DNA of 60,471 bases, counting the filler, from Sluysia triapertura (taxonomy: Eukaryota), in the NCBI GenBank assembly GCA_046118255.1. It is 4 parts of 4 records of this genome, joined end to end, with 100 filler letters (N's around TTAATTAATTAA, not from the genome) between each part and the next. Parts side by side here need not be neighbours in the genome. Positions count along the whole stretch, not along the records: positions 29,548 to 41,045 come from JBJNIA010184023.1; positions 41,146 to 60,471 come from JBJNIA010075384.1; 2 more parts are not named here. One strand, given 5' to 3'. Below, in pieces: positions 38,746-51,999 of this stretch. The notes beneath the pieces are model-generated. The model had not been told where the DNA came from and did not search any database. It saw nothing but the letters and a program-made list of their open reading frames with translations. The first letter of the stretch is position 1, and each line of letters begins with the position of its first letter. The position numbers were made by a program, and so were the translations under genes.

Positions 38746-40825
38746 ATATATAATAATATATAATAATAAATTTTCTAAAACCAATTATAAAACACAAGTA
38801 CAAATATTTTTACATACTTTACGGAACCATCGTCATGGAAACTGGGTAGTTTATCTTATAATATTTGGATGTTTGCAGTTTTTCTGTACAATATTGACAT
38901 AATAATGTTTGTAGAAATTAATGAATACAAAATATATAATACAACTTGGCCTCTTGCTATATTTTAACATTAATATACGTATTCTTATTACCATTTTCAA
39001 CTTGTATTCCATCACTGAAAAAATTAACTATGCTTTATTAAAATTTATTTAAAAACATGTATGAATCGAGTTGGTAACGAATGATATAAATTCCGGAACA
39101 TTAGACATTGTGATATTGGTTATTTTTATACTTTCTTTCTTGTTCTATAATAAAAAGTTCTCAAATTTCATTGTTCTAATGTTTCTAAAATTTAGTTCTG
39201 TTTTTATCAGCATTAAGCCTATTTTGTTTCGTAATTCAATAATATTTAAAAATTTTACTGTTTTAAAAAGTTTGTTGATAAAATTAGTTAAAGCTTTAAT
39301 AAGAAATAAGTTCTCCAAAAAGACATGAGTAATCTTATTAACCCATTGAGTTATTCTTATAAAAATCTTAATTTTTTTTAGTAGTGTTGGTAGTTCTATT
39401 AATCATTTCTATTTTATAATAAATTTTAATAATAATGTTTATATAGTTTTTGAAGTTTGTAAGGATGATGATAAATTAAGTCTATTATGTTCTTATTCAT
39501 ATAAAATCTATAGATGAACTTCTTAGTATGATGAACTTTTACATTTGTGGATGATCAAGTAGGTGGCATGTATATAGTGTCGAGTTACCAAGTTTTGTTT
39601 GTTATTCAGAAAAATTTTTATTTTATACGATCCAAACGTTTCATCTGCAATTATAACATGCACATTATTTGTTTAAGGCCCACCAATTTAATAAAATATT
39701 TTTGTGATATTTGATTCTACTTGATGACAAAGGTAAGATTAATAAAAATAAAAGTTTAATATTAACTAATATAATTAATAAATTTCAGTCTCAACATAAA
39801 GTGAAGTGCCTTAAGCACTATGATAAAACACTTTTAATCAAAACAAGTTTAACATTTCATGTAACATAATCTGTAATTATAAATTAATATCTAAATCCAG
39901 AGATATTAATCTTATGTCTAAATATTGAAATGTTACATTAATGCAAAATCATGCTTTAAATAAGCAGAAATATAAGAAAGCTAAAAGAAATTCGATAAAC
40001 ACAAGGAATTAATAAAATATTTTAAAATATACTAACTTAACAAATTGATATAATAATTGAAGTGTTATGAGGTGGTACCTCAACTATCACATCACATTAA
40101 AGATGATACTTTTAGATGTTGCATAATTATTGTTTGCATGCAGCTGATTAAAAGTACGATTTATATTAAGGTATGCAATCATATTAGTAAAAGAGTGTGT
40201 ACAACAAAATAAACTGTGTAATTCCATAGAATAAATCGTTTTTTAAATATAAATTGAAAAAATAATTCTGAAACACGGAAAGTTGCCTTTTTTGATGTCA
40301 TTTGTGTACTTTTGTTGGATTTATAAAAATAATAAAAACTGTCAGTAAATCAATAATAAATATAATATTCAATTTCCAACAAGACTTTGTGGTTATTTGG
40401 AAAAGCATAGGTTTTTTGACTTTTTCGAAAAAGTTAGTGTAACTATTCAACTTAGAACATCAACTCATATTAGAGCAAAATTTTCTCAAATGAAAAAAAT
40501 CCAGTCTTAGTAAAAATAATTTAATATTATGAAAACATTACAAATAAATGTACTATTTATTGTTGACCTTGTTCGATCCATTTTTTAGGCATAAAATGCA
40601 ACATTTTGTTAACGAGGTGGTTCGTTTTGCCAGTTTGCGCATTTATTTTTCTGTTTCTAATATGCATTACGGAAATGATTTAGAGATTGCGTTAGATGTG
40701 AAGAAATGTTACCTTATTGCACCCATGACTAACAAATTCATTATTCATAATTACTCACTTTAACTTTGGACGAATTAACTATGGCAATATTTCGAGTAAA
40801 ATCAAATTTAGAAAAATTCAAAAAA

Positions 40826-40987
40826 TGTCGTAGTTTACTAGTACCAAAAATCATACACCAATGAACAACCAGTACTAACCAGATCGTTATATACTAAAAA
40901 TTGTTAGATGGGGCTGATAGCTCAGTGGGAGAGCAGCGAGAGGTCCCGGGTTCGATCCTCGGTAAGTTCATTTTACAAAGTCTAACA
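40826..40987 (+). mobile_element. tRNA-containing mini-LTR followed by a PBS-like motif (5' LTR of a Helenus-like TRIM); 5' boundary uncertain
   Basis: TTGTTAGATGGGGCTGATAGCTCAGTGGGAGAGC...CCCGGGTTCGATCCTCGGTAAGTTCATTTT...GTCTAACA, then tt-TGGTGAGCCC. The contig ends 58 nt later. Confidence 0.7.
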
Positions 40988-40989
40988 TT

Positions 40990-41007
40990 TGGTGAGCCCA
41001 CATATCG
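40990..41007 (+). promoter_or_regulatory. Putative primer binding site (TGGTGAGCCC...)
   Basis: TGG begins 2 nt after the LTR-terminal CA and is absent after the two solo copies. Cognate tRNA not identified. Confidence 0.5.
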
Positions 41008-41045
41008 AATACCCTTCTGATATTGGAGTTAATGATTTATATGAT

Positions 41046-41145
41046 NNNNNNNNNNNNNNNNNNNNNNNNNNNNNNNNNNNNNNNNNNNNTTAATTAATTA
41101 ANNNNNNNNNNNNNNNNNNNNNNNNNNNNNNNNNNNNNNNNNNNN
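41046..41145. other. Artificial contig linker
   Basis: N44-TTAATTAATTAA-N44. Confidence 0.97.
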
Positions 41146-41906
41146 AATAATAATTATAATTATAATAATATTAGTAAAAATACTAACTTTTACATTAGAA
41201 ATAATAAAAATTATAATGATAATAATAATTTTATAATAGCATGTTTTCACAAAATATTATTTTTATTTTATATTTTAACTGGTATGTATTTTGCTTCTTT
41301 AAATAAATTGAATTTTAAGTACCTTAATTTATTTTATTCTATTCTTAAATTAAATCTTGTTTCTATGTCAATAAATCCAAAATAGTTCTGATTCAATTAA
41401 ATTCTGCATACATAATGATCAAATAAGTATGACAAATTTAACTAATCTTGCAATAATCAATTATCACTAATAAAGATCAAATATTCGAAACAAGTAAATA
41501 TTACAAATAAGTATTATATAATGAACAATTAATTCTCATATAAAACTATTCTTAAATTTACAAAAAAACTAAATATATTTCATCTTCATCATTCTTACTC
41601 CAACAATGTTTACCCACACTTCGTCCATCATTCTATACGAAGTCCTCTTGCATCCTTCGGTTCCATTTCTTTAATAATTTCTTGTCCCACATTTAATTAG
41701 ATGTTCTAAAATGTGAATTCTCAGTCTTAAATCAAATAAAATAGGGCATATTTTATTTAAACAGGTTTATTTAAGAAGTCATAAAGTTTTATGTAATTTA
41801 ATTAATAATAAAAATTCAAAAATTTTAATACTAATTTAGTGAAACAATTTTCAGTATTAAATAAGATGCATTTTACAACGATTATTTTAATAATGAATAC
41901 AATAAC

Positions 41907-42133
41907 CTTGACATTATTTGGACTATATACACAATAACTTAATAAAATTTGAAAATCATTCTGATAATTTTGATCCGCTAATCCAAACATAACATCGAGT
42001 AATTTTGATGTTGATGGATAAATTTTAATAAACGACCAATAAAAATTGGTATTTGTTTGATTGGTTCTTTGTAAAGAAAATCGAATAATTATTGGATAAG
42101 GAATATGACAAAACAGAATTAAATATTTCTGTG
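41907..42133 (-). CDS. Candidate internal exon of an unknown gene
   Basis: tttag| ... |gttatt bound an open frame QKYLILFCHIPYP...FYWSFIKIYPSTSKLLDVMFGLADQNYQNDFQILLSYCVYSPNNVK. Confidence 0.35.
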
Positions 42134-42272
42134 CTAAATATAATTAATTGAATAAATATAGAATGTGTCAAATGATTTAAAGTCACAATTTTGGATTGGT
42201 AATAGCGCTAAGAAATTTAAGAATTTTATTATCTGAATCCGTTTGGTTTTTAATATTGTTTGCACCACATCT

Positions 42273-42461
42273 TTAACACGTTGAATGCCATGGGGCTTAC
42301 CGGTGACCGGCGGAGTCAAGATGATTAGCAACACATTCAAGTAAATTTTTGTAAATTCTGCTGTAAATAATATTTCATCAAAATATGCAACACATACTGA
42401 GAAATTCATTTTGGCCAGACAAGCAAGCCATATAAAATTAGCGTGGCATTCAACGTGTTAA
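42273..42461. mobile_element. piggyBac-type MITE (181 bp) with TTAA target-site duplication
   Basis: TTAA-CACGTTGAATGCCA ... TGGCATTCAACGTG-TTAA: perfect 14-bp TIRs (element 42277-42457). Confidence 0.85.
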
Positions 42462-42530
42462 GACACTTTATTGATGAATTAGGCATATTTTTTAAAGATA
42501 TAAATAGCACTGTGAAAGTATGAGAATAGA

Positions 42531-42600
42531 GTTAGAATTTGTAAAATTGAGCGACTCCGAAATTGAACCCGTATCCACAGCTCGATACTCCAATTTTTTA
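42531..42600 (-). mobile_element. Highly degenerate fragment of the tRNA-containing mini-LTR
   Basis: GTTAGAATTTGTAAAATTGAGCGACTCCGAAATTGAACCCG resembles GTTAGACTTCATAAAATGGACTGACCGGAGATCGAACCCG at 7961. Confidence 0.4.
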
Positions 42601-42909
42601 ATTGATACTTGTAAAGCCCATATTTCATCTCTTTTATGGGCTTTAGTTTTTTAAAGATAAAAACTAATCATTTGAAACATAAGTATCTGTCCAAAAAAAC
42701 AAATCTTTAACAAGTTATTAAGTTATAAGTCTTTTTAAATATTTTGGGAAAAATTTGCAGCTGCACCTAAGAAATCTATCTTTAAAATTATCGTTTTATT
42801 CTTCTTTTTCACTTCCAATCGTTGATACTTGTTTTTTTGATTAAATCCTGTTTAAGTTCAGACAAAAGAATTGATCCGCCTTTTTCGAGTGTATTTACTT
42901 TTTTTGAAT

Positions 42910-43785
42910 TGTTAGGTTGCCACCACGACCCTCTAAAATTATGTAAAATATTATTAAAAAATTTTTAAAATCATTTAAAAAATATTTTAAAGTTTCCAAA
43001 AAAACATTTATTTTCTAAACAATAAAAAATTATTTTCCAAAAAAAAAGAAAATAGAAATTCCAAAAAGGAAAATAAGCTTCTAAAAATAGAATAGAAGAT
43101 TCTAGAATGTTCTATAACATTCCTTCAATTTCTATTGGCTGATGATTAGTATATAAACTAACATCAGTAAAATTTTCATACACAATAGTTAGTCATCTTA
43201 TTTTTATCTTTGTTCTAAATAAGCTATTATGTCTAGTTTTGTTAGCTTCGGGTTTTTGGCCCAATCGATATTTTGAAGAATTCTTTTCAAGCATTTTGGA
43301 TATTTGGCAGCAATTTTTATTCCATGAATATGGTAATTTGTTTTTTAGAGGGAGTTTTTATCTTCCTGGAGGAGATAAAAATTTTAAAATATTAATATAA
43401 AATCTTTGCTTTTATCTCGATCTACTGAGAGGAATTTTAAATCAATAAAATTACTAATTAAATTAAATATTCTTTTAGAATTTTATTATTTAAGTTACAT
43501 CTTTTTTCTTTTTATTATCTGATTTCTTGTGTAATTAATAAAAATTTAATATTGTTTAATAATTGTTTTCATTTTGATAAATTGATATATTTAACGTAAG
43601 ATAATTAAGACCCTCTTAAAAATAATTAAGATAAGAACGATTTAAACTTATTTTTAAGTAAATATAACAGGATTTTTAACTTATTAGTTACAGAAGCGCC
43701 AAGTCCATGTTGTAAGACGTTTACTGTAACCGGACCCTGCTCAATTTTATTTTGCCGTAGGTGTAGCTTTAAGAAAACCACAGTA
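42910..43785 (+). mobile_element. Solo LTR family C (876 bp)
   Basis: TGTTAGGTTG ... TTAAGAAAACCACAGTA flanked by a perfect GAAT/GAAT TSD. Internal ATTGG (CCAAT box) and GTATATAAA near 43135-43157. Confidence 0.75.
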
Positions 43786-44074
43786 GAATAAATTGAATTA
43801 AACTTTTTCTCTTCTCCATTGTCGTACACTCACTCCAGCCTTAACAGTGTTACTTTTTTCAATATATGAAACAAATATTGCTTTTTAGTTATTATGATAA
43901 AATTTTTAGCAATGAAAATGAGTATTGTAAGATAATTGTAATAACAATCAATACTGTTTAATACATAAGATCATCTTATGGTAGCTAAAATACTGAATAT
44001 TGTCGAAGTGGTACTTTTTTGGAAGATTATGAGATGAAGGCATTAAATTTAAGATTTTTCTAATTTTATTACAA

Positions 44075-44806
44075 TGCTGTTGTTTAACCTACGGCTACAG
44101 TAAACGACTTACAACGTATAGTGGGCATTTCTATAACTTTAAGTTAATAATTATCAATGTACACTTTGGCTTTAATCCTAACAATTACTAAGTATGCTGA
44201 AATTGCTAAATTATTTACTTAATTATAATAACGAACTACAAATTCAAGAAGTGTTTATCAATAAATCACAAAAAATTTAAAATTTACAATTTATTTGTAA
44301 GATAAAAGAATAGATAAAAGGTGAATAAAAATAAAAGTAAATTTTGCAATTAAAACTGCGAAGGTCTTTAATTATTCTTAAATAAAATAAATTTAAGTTG
44401 ACTTTTTTCCCCTTAATATATCGACAAAACTTAATTAATCTTTTAGTAGATTTTATGATATTAATTTTCTCAATTAGTATCACTTTAATAAAAAATAACT
44501 TACGATAAGCATGAAATTGAAATGAAAAACATGTTCTGATGGAATATTATTAATTATCCGTAATTGAAAACCAAACTTTGCAACCAAAAATAAATGTTAA
44601 ACTTGAATGGCGAATAAAATGCCGACTATGATTGTACTGATGCTAGTTTATATGATAGTCATCAGCCAATAGGAATTGATAGAAAACATTCTAGTAGCTT
44701 CTATTCTATTTTTAGAAAAATAATTTCTTTTTTGGAAAATAAATATTCTTAAATGTTCTAAATGGCATTTTACATGATTTTAGAAGGTTTTGATGACAAC
44801 CTAACA
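44075..44806 (-). mobile_element. Solo LTR family C (732 bp), inverted relative to its neighbour
   Basis: Minus strand TGTTAGGTTG ... ACAACAGCA. Shares CTAAAAATAGAATAGAAG, CTATTGGCTGATGA and GTTGTAAG.CGTTTACTGTA with the 42910 copy. Flanks ACAA/ATAA. Confidence 0.7.
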
Positions 44807-45930
44807 ATAATAAATAAACAAAGACGAGTTGTGAAAATGATGTTTTGGGCAAAGACCGACTTACATTAAAGTTTTAAACTCATTTAATTGTTTTATTCGT
44901 TTAAATTTTAAAGCATCATTAAACATTAATAATGAATAAGTTTAATGAATACAAATAAGTCTAATTTGTATTTAAATTAATTAACAAGTTTCCACAACAA
45001 CTTAATTCACCATAGCTTTTACTATTACAATGTAAATATTCATCACAATTATTAAAAATATTTAGTGTCCTAAAATTTGATAAAGATATTAGTATTACTA
45101 ATAGATATTTAAATTTCAAAATTTAAATTTATTACGTATATATATGAGTAATATTTTTATTTCAAATCATTAATTATATACATATTTTTAAAGTAATTAA
45201 TGGAATCAGTAAAATTACGGAGAGTGGGGAGACATGTCAATGAATCACTCTCAATAAATAAATGTCACTCAAGCTATAAAGGTCAACAAAAATTAAATAT
45301 TTAAAATTCAATTTTGTGTATTCAAAATTTTAAATATTGAAAGTTATAATGAATTTGTTCTGTACTAAAATGTGTTAGTAATATGTAGTTTTTGAAACAA
45401 AATGAAATATAAATCTATTTTTTGTTCAATTTGATTAAATAAAAATGTACTCCAACCATTCTAAACTTATTAGTGCTGTTAAATTATGGAATCGAGGACT
45501 TTAAATATGGAAAATAGATAACACGAAAAAAATTAAAGGTTTAACTATTTAAAATCGAAAAACTACAACTAGAATACAATAAATAATGAAATTATGAGTG
45601 CTGTATTTCGAGTAGCAATTAACAACTTCGGTTACGATTTTATACATTTTGATTTGATATTTTGACATGCATAATATCAAATGAATTCTTTAAATTATTT
45701 TTAAATTAGATAATATCGATCATTTACAAATAAGTATCCAAAATCTATGCTAATGTTCCTGATCATATAAAGAATGCGGTAGCGGGCAAAATGAACAAGT
45801 TTTGTAAAAGTTGTTTCAAGGATTGACAAATTCGATAATTATTATAATAAACAAAAACAATTACAATTAAGTTTTTGCTTAATTTTGTATTTTAAGTTAT
45901 TTTAATCAATTGTGATAAAATGATACAACC

Positions 45931-45932
45931 TA

Positions 45933-45985
<53 letters not shown>

Positions 45986-46010
45986 TAATAATAATAATAA
46001 AAATAATAAC
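45931..46010. repeat. (AAT)n microsatellite
   Basis: More than 20 near-perfect AAT units; source of the poly-L/poly-Y run in the ORF track. Confidence 0.95.
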
Positions 46011-46062
46011 ATTGAAATAAAAACCGATTTTCTGTTTTAAATTGACAAGCCAAATTCATAAC

Positions 46063-46333
46063 CTTTCCAAGAGCATTATTATTTATAGAAGCAGATCTCC
46101 ATAGCAACTGTTGTTGTTTATATACCGTTAATAAGCGACATTGATAATTTGTCGATAATATCGATAGAGTATTATTTCGACAAATTAAAAAATCACGTGA
46201 TAAATTGGTATTAAATTGATAATTAGATTTGATTTCTTGATAACACAACCAATCATGTGAATTTGAATTTTCATAAATCACAATGTATTCGTTGGATTGA
46301 GGAAAAACGTTTTTTATCCAAATAATTTTGTTT
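46063..46333 (-). CDS. Candidate internal exon of an unknown gene
   Basis: ttacag| ... |gttatg bound an open frame NKIIWIKNVFPQSNEYIVIYENSNSHDWLCYQ...LLWRSASINNNALGK. Confidence 0.4.
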
Positions 46334-47589
46334 CTGTAATATATATATGACGACTTTTTAAATATTAGGATGTCATTTTTGAATAGAAAAAAATATTTTT
46401 TAATACAAATATAATGCTATTTATAAACAAATTCTTGCTTTTATAAACGAGAAATTCTGCAGTCGCTGTAAATACGCCAGAAGAAAAGTATACGGTTTAA
46501 ATGATTGTGTTGTGCTAATGAAGTCACCTTTAATTTTTAATTACTATCAATAGAAAGTAGATAAATTGTTGTTTTTATTGATATATAATTTAGTAATAGT
46601 TATATTTCTATAGATGAAAATAATTTAATCAATTTTAATTTTAAAAACGTTTTATTTCTAAAGATGAAACGTTTTGTTCGGATTGCTGGAGACATTTAAA
46701 AGATTTGTTTGGTAAGTTATGTTATATAAAACGTTTAATATAGATGATTCAGTTACAATAATTTATTATTATTTAAAAAGTTATAAATTGTTCGCATTTT
46801 ATTAAAATGGTGTCAAAATTGTTTACACTGGAATATCTAAACGTATGAATGATTGAATAAATATTACTATTTTTAATATATCAAATTATGACAAAATAAT
46901 CAAAGTTAATTAATTAAAACAAACAACGAACCTTTCAAAAACTAAATATATATTTTTGTCCAATTTATAGGTATCAATAGGTGGAAAACAATTTCTATAT
47001 GAAAACATAACTATGGATAATAAAATAATCTTCAAAATAAATTGATTAATAAAATAATTCATGATTTTTAATATTGTTTTTATAATTTTATAATCTTAAA
47101 TTCTATGTTTTATAGATTTTCGTTTTTATTGTTGTTTTATTCTTTTTTATTACTTTGCTTTTAAAAAGTATTACATCAAATCCAAAAGTGACATTAATTA
47201 TTAATTTGTTTTTATGAACTAATTCAATTAGTCTAGACATTACATAATTAATTGATTAATCCGAATTATTTTTATTGTTATTTAGGTTTTTATTATTAAT
47301 TTTATTATTAACATTAATTTTAATTATTATTATTATTATTGATTTAAAATAAATAAATAATTTAATTCGTTCAATAAATATAGTCTTGACTAAAAAAGTG
47401 AATGTTATTCATATTTGATGAATGAGTAAAAACAAATTACTTCACATTATTGATTACATTATTAAATTTGTAAATAACTATTTTTATTGATGCAGGAAAG
47501 TCAATATAGTTTATTTTTAAAATTATCCCAAGATATGTCACACATCTGTTAAAGAATATTAAAAAATATAACGGTTATATATTTTATAA

Positions 47590-48100
47590 TAATTTAATGA
47601 AATTGTTAAGAAAAAAGTGAAATTTGATAAAAACATGATATAAAATAATGAATAATACATAACAAAACATTTCTGGAATAAGAATGATGAACATGAAAGT
47701 ACTTATGGTAGTTTTGGGCATTGAAGAATAGCTCGGGAATTCCGGATGTTCTTGTGGTTTTGGAAGCGTTATGAGCATTCAGGTATCATTGAATTTGTGG
47801 ACCTTTTGGAATTATTGAGGCTTTGATGGGCGTTTGGGACACCTGAGTAATGTGAAAAAATCCTTGAAATAAATGTGAAATGAATGCGATGCAGGAGTAG
47901 TTAGCATAGAAAAGTTTTGGTGAAGATGAAAGCATCTAGAACTCCTTAAATGCCTGTACAACCTTTAACAATAAAATAGGATAAAGTCTAAAAATAGATT
48001 AATTAATTTACTTAATTAAACAAAAATACGTGTTTATAAATAACCTTTGAATGAGGGATGCTATAACAGTGATGTGTCTGTGTATGCATTTGTTTTAGTA
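47590..48100 (+). repeat. Dispersed repeat family A copy
   Basis: GGTGAAGATGAAAGCATCTAGA identical to 2143-2164, with flanking similarity. Confidence 0.6.
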
Positions 48101-49049
48101 ATATCTGTCGATAAAGTGATTGTTATGTCTTTATTTTAAAATTATTAACAATGACTCAATAATTAAATTGGTCTGGAATCACAAAGTAAATATAAATCAT
48201 AATCTTTAGGTGGTCAATTAACACACAAAATGTCAACACACAAAATGCTAATATCCATATTTAACAAAACAAATACAACAAAACTGAGTCAACTAACCAT
48301 AACAATAATAAAATGTCACTTAAAAATGTCGATCAGTTGCTGAAGATAAAGCTTCAGTCATAAATTTTACCACAAGGGCTTCTTTTAACGAGCGAAATTT
48401 CACTTTCACAACTTACGCTATCATCTTGAGTCAATTTGTAGCAAAAATGCGAATGTTTGTATAGTAGTTAAATAATTGCTGAAAAGATTAGAAGTTGAAA
48501 AATCGACGAAATTACTTATTCTTTTGAGTCACTTGTAAGCCGACCAATTTTAATTATCAAATTTCGACAATTTCAATCGATTTCCAATTTTTCATCTTTC
48601 AGAATGTACCAAATGATGATGTAATTTTTGATGAACAATCCTCTTATCTTAATTTAAGTTGATTAATTTATCAACATTATTATACTACATTACTCATGTT
48701 TACTCTCACATTTGACCAAACTGTCCTATATATAAAGTGTTCTGATATGTTTATGATACAGTTGTTAATATTTAATATTTGATTTTATATTTGGTAAATT
48801 TTATTTGATTAATATTAAATTAGAATTATTAAATTTGTTTATTCAAACGTTAATATTAAATTAGAAAATAATATAAAAGGTATTATTATTTAAATGAATA
48901 ATTTTATACTTAGAACTTTTATATCAGCAATAAATTATATCTTTTCATTGATCCGTTTAATAATGATCAGTATAAATTCCAAATAAATAACCTCGCTCAC
49001 ATAGTATAATAACTAATTCTTAATTATGGAATGTTGAATTTTTTATACA

Positions 49050-49560
49050 CAGAATGATGAGAATATAATGAAATGAGTGTGGGATGATTGCTAAGAGAGA
49101 GGAGAATCTAGAAGTGAGTTTGAGATGTTTTTAGAGTGATTTGTTTGAGAATAAGAACCTAAAACATTTTTCATTAGAAAATTGGGTGTGAAAAGTCGAA
49201 AATCAATTATATTCTAAAACTGAAATTAAATGCATTATTTTCATGTATGTTAACGATATTGTAAAAATGGATCAAGTAGAGTAGAAAAAATAATAGTTGA
49301 TCATTAATCAGTTTTGTGTTTTGTATCTATTAAAGTTAGACAGACCGTACCATGTAATTGTCAAAGTTGTTATTGTCGGTATAATTCCAAAGAGGTTTTA
49401 GTGATTTGTATGAGAGAGTGTTTGATTGTGAAACTCAGGATTGATTGGATAATGGAAAAATATAAGAACTTAAGAATTTTTCACATAATCTCACAATAAC
49501 AATTACATGATGCGATGTCAATGTTAAGAAGATCCATGATCTATGTAAAATTTTAAATTT
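49050..49560 (+). repeat. Dispersed repeat family D copy
   Basis: 3' part aligns with 29548-29710. Confidence 0.55.
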
Positions 49561-50269
49561 ACGTTATTTTTATAACTTTATAATTTTAATTATTAATAGT
49601 AAAAAATTTTTTGGTAAAACGTAATAGTAAAAAGTAGCAACTAATAAATTTTATCTGAAAAGATTATTTGATGGATGATCCATAGTTTTAAAATAAAAAA
49701 TATATGAAATATTTAATTATTATTATTTTGATTTTTCAATTATTGGTATGTTGATAAGACCTTAAGAAATATTTAATTGAGTAATTTAGAATTTATAATA
49801 TTAAAATTGTGAATCGAATTAATTATACATTTTTTAGAATCCACAGATTTAATTTTTGTGTAGAAACGTTTGTCAGTTGCATCACCATTGGTTGCTTTAT
49901 TAAATTATTGTGTTATTAATATTATTATAAAAATACTGTTAATTATCTTGTGATAATTTCTATTAATTACAGTTTATATACATTCAGGATATCTGGATAT
50001 CTATTAAGATCAATTGTTAATTGTGAGTTTAGTTAGATTTAGTTAGTTCATTAGTGTAATTGTAGTATTGCATCTCATTGAATGTAATTGAGTTGAATCT
50101 TTACAATTTTAACTAATTTTAGATTTAATTCCAATTTAAAGTAATTTAATTAGTAACAAGGAGTTATTGAAAAATAACATATTTATTTGTACTGTTTTTA
50201 ATAAGGAGACTGATAGCGATAAAACTGTTGTGTTTTTTAACACCTTTTTATTTTATAAATTATTAATTA

Positions 50270-51490
50270 AAACTCAATAATTGAACAAATTCAGAATCTC
50301 GATATGTTCTTTGAATTATCACAAAATTACAACCAAAAGATATAAATTATAACAACGACAATACAAAGTACTCTTTGTAACAAAATAAAAATTATTCTCT
50401 AACAATATTATAAATTATTCTTTATAACGTAAATTACTCTCAAAAAACAAATCACAACAAGGGGTAACACATCTTAAATCTTCGCACCCGTATTAATACG
50501 AAATGCAATCAATACAAATTAATTCACTAACCTTTATTCCTACTTTATACTAGCATATTTGATTTTAGCTAATTGCTAAAGAAATAACTTCGGTTCCATC
50601 GTTATCCACTGATGAACTGAAGCAGCGTCCCTAAGCTAGAAAGTTTCTTTTAATCGTCTTAAGTTTAAGCTCTATCTCTTTTCTTTTTTCTAACTTTATG
50701 CAAAAATATAATGGCTTATACAGCAGTTTATGGTGCTTTTAGGAAATTAAAAATAAGAAATTGAACAAGACGGAAATTAAAGCTGTCTATTCTCTTTTGG
50801 TCGTAACAATCCGACTAATTTTATTGATTGAATTTCGGCAGTAATTTCCGTCTATGTTCAAATTCAATCTCATTTTAATTATTTAAAGATAATAGGATTT
50901 GTGGTAAACAATTCCTTTATTTTCTTAATTTCACCTAATCAAATTTTAAAATCATTGTTACATTGATATTATACCAATAATATCAGTTGTCAACTTAATT
51001 TTAAAATAAAATTTAATAAATAATAATAAATAATAAATCTATTTCTCACAGGAGTATTCTGCATTAATACGTTATACGTCAACCGTACGTCGCACGTGAA
51101 GTTTAATAAAATATTTGAATTGGTATCTTTATAAGCATCAATTTGATATATACTTTATCAATACTTAGACATCGGAACATATTTAACTTTAATTTCAAAT
51201 TACAAAATTAATTAAAATAACTAATTTTTGCGTTATCTACGTCGATGTGCTTCACAACTAATAATAAAACTCAATATTATACACTAAATTTAATATCATT
51301 ATACCATGAGCAAACATTTTTTATTGAGTTATCAATTTAAATAAATTTTAATTAAGTTAATTAACAAAAGTACTTTAGTATTTTAACAAATAAAATGTTA
51401 TTTCTCATTGTTTTATCTTGATTCAAGTATTTCATATACTTATCTTATCATTACAATTCATCATAATCCCTTATCTCAATTCCTCAATAA
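50270..51490 (+). repeat. Local direct duplication, unit 1
   Basis: Collinear with 52000-54186, e.g. AACAAATTC.GAATCTCG, CCCTAA(A)GCTA.AAAGT, GACGGAA.TTAAA, ACATCGGAACATATTTA, CATGAGCAAACAT, TCATTACAATTCATCATA. Confidence 0.75.
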
Positions 51491-51999
51491 CGTTCACGTT
51501 ATTCTGTTATCCTGAGTCTTGAACCTATATATCACTAATCCCAACAAAATGATTTAAATTTTGCTATTATTAACTATTGCTTAGTAATTTCAAAGACGCA
51601 ACAATTCATATTTTCTGATTTTAATAACTTCTAATAAATGAAAATGAAAATGGATTAAATAAATATCAGATTCGGAATCGTTATTTCACAAGAATTTATT
51701 CAATATACACTTCTAGTTTATCTGATTATTCTTTGATAACACTTTTAAAATAATTTATTGTGTTATCTTCATTAATTTAAATAGCAAACCATTAATTCCA
51801 TTTGTAAATTCCTTTGATTCAGCAATATTAGCCGAATAGGTTTGAACTAATATTTTTAAACACCCTAACTCTCAAGAACCCTAACACTAATACTGAAAAT
51901 ATATTAATTAAAATAAACTTGGGAATTTTCAATTAACTTAATATTAGCTGTTAATCACTTATATTTGTATATTTTATACTTTTATTTTAAATTATCAAA

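Noticed and set aside
40990-41007. Self-priming of the element by its own tRNA-like RNA
   Set aside because: That RNA ends TCAGTCCA(+CCA), predicting a PBS of TGGTGGACTGA; the observed TGGTGAGCCC does not match.
42910-44806. Single Mutator/foldback element with long TIRs
   Set aside because: No shared outer TSD; each arm has its own LTR-like ends and 4-bp TSD.
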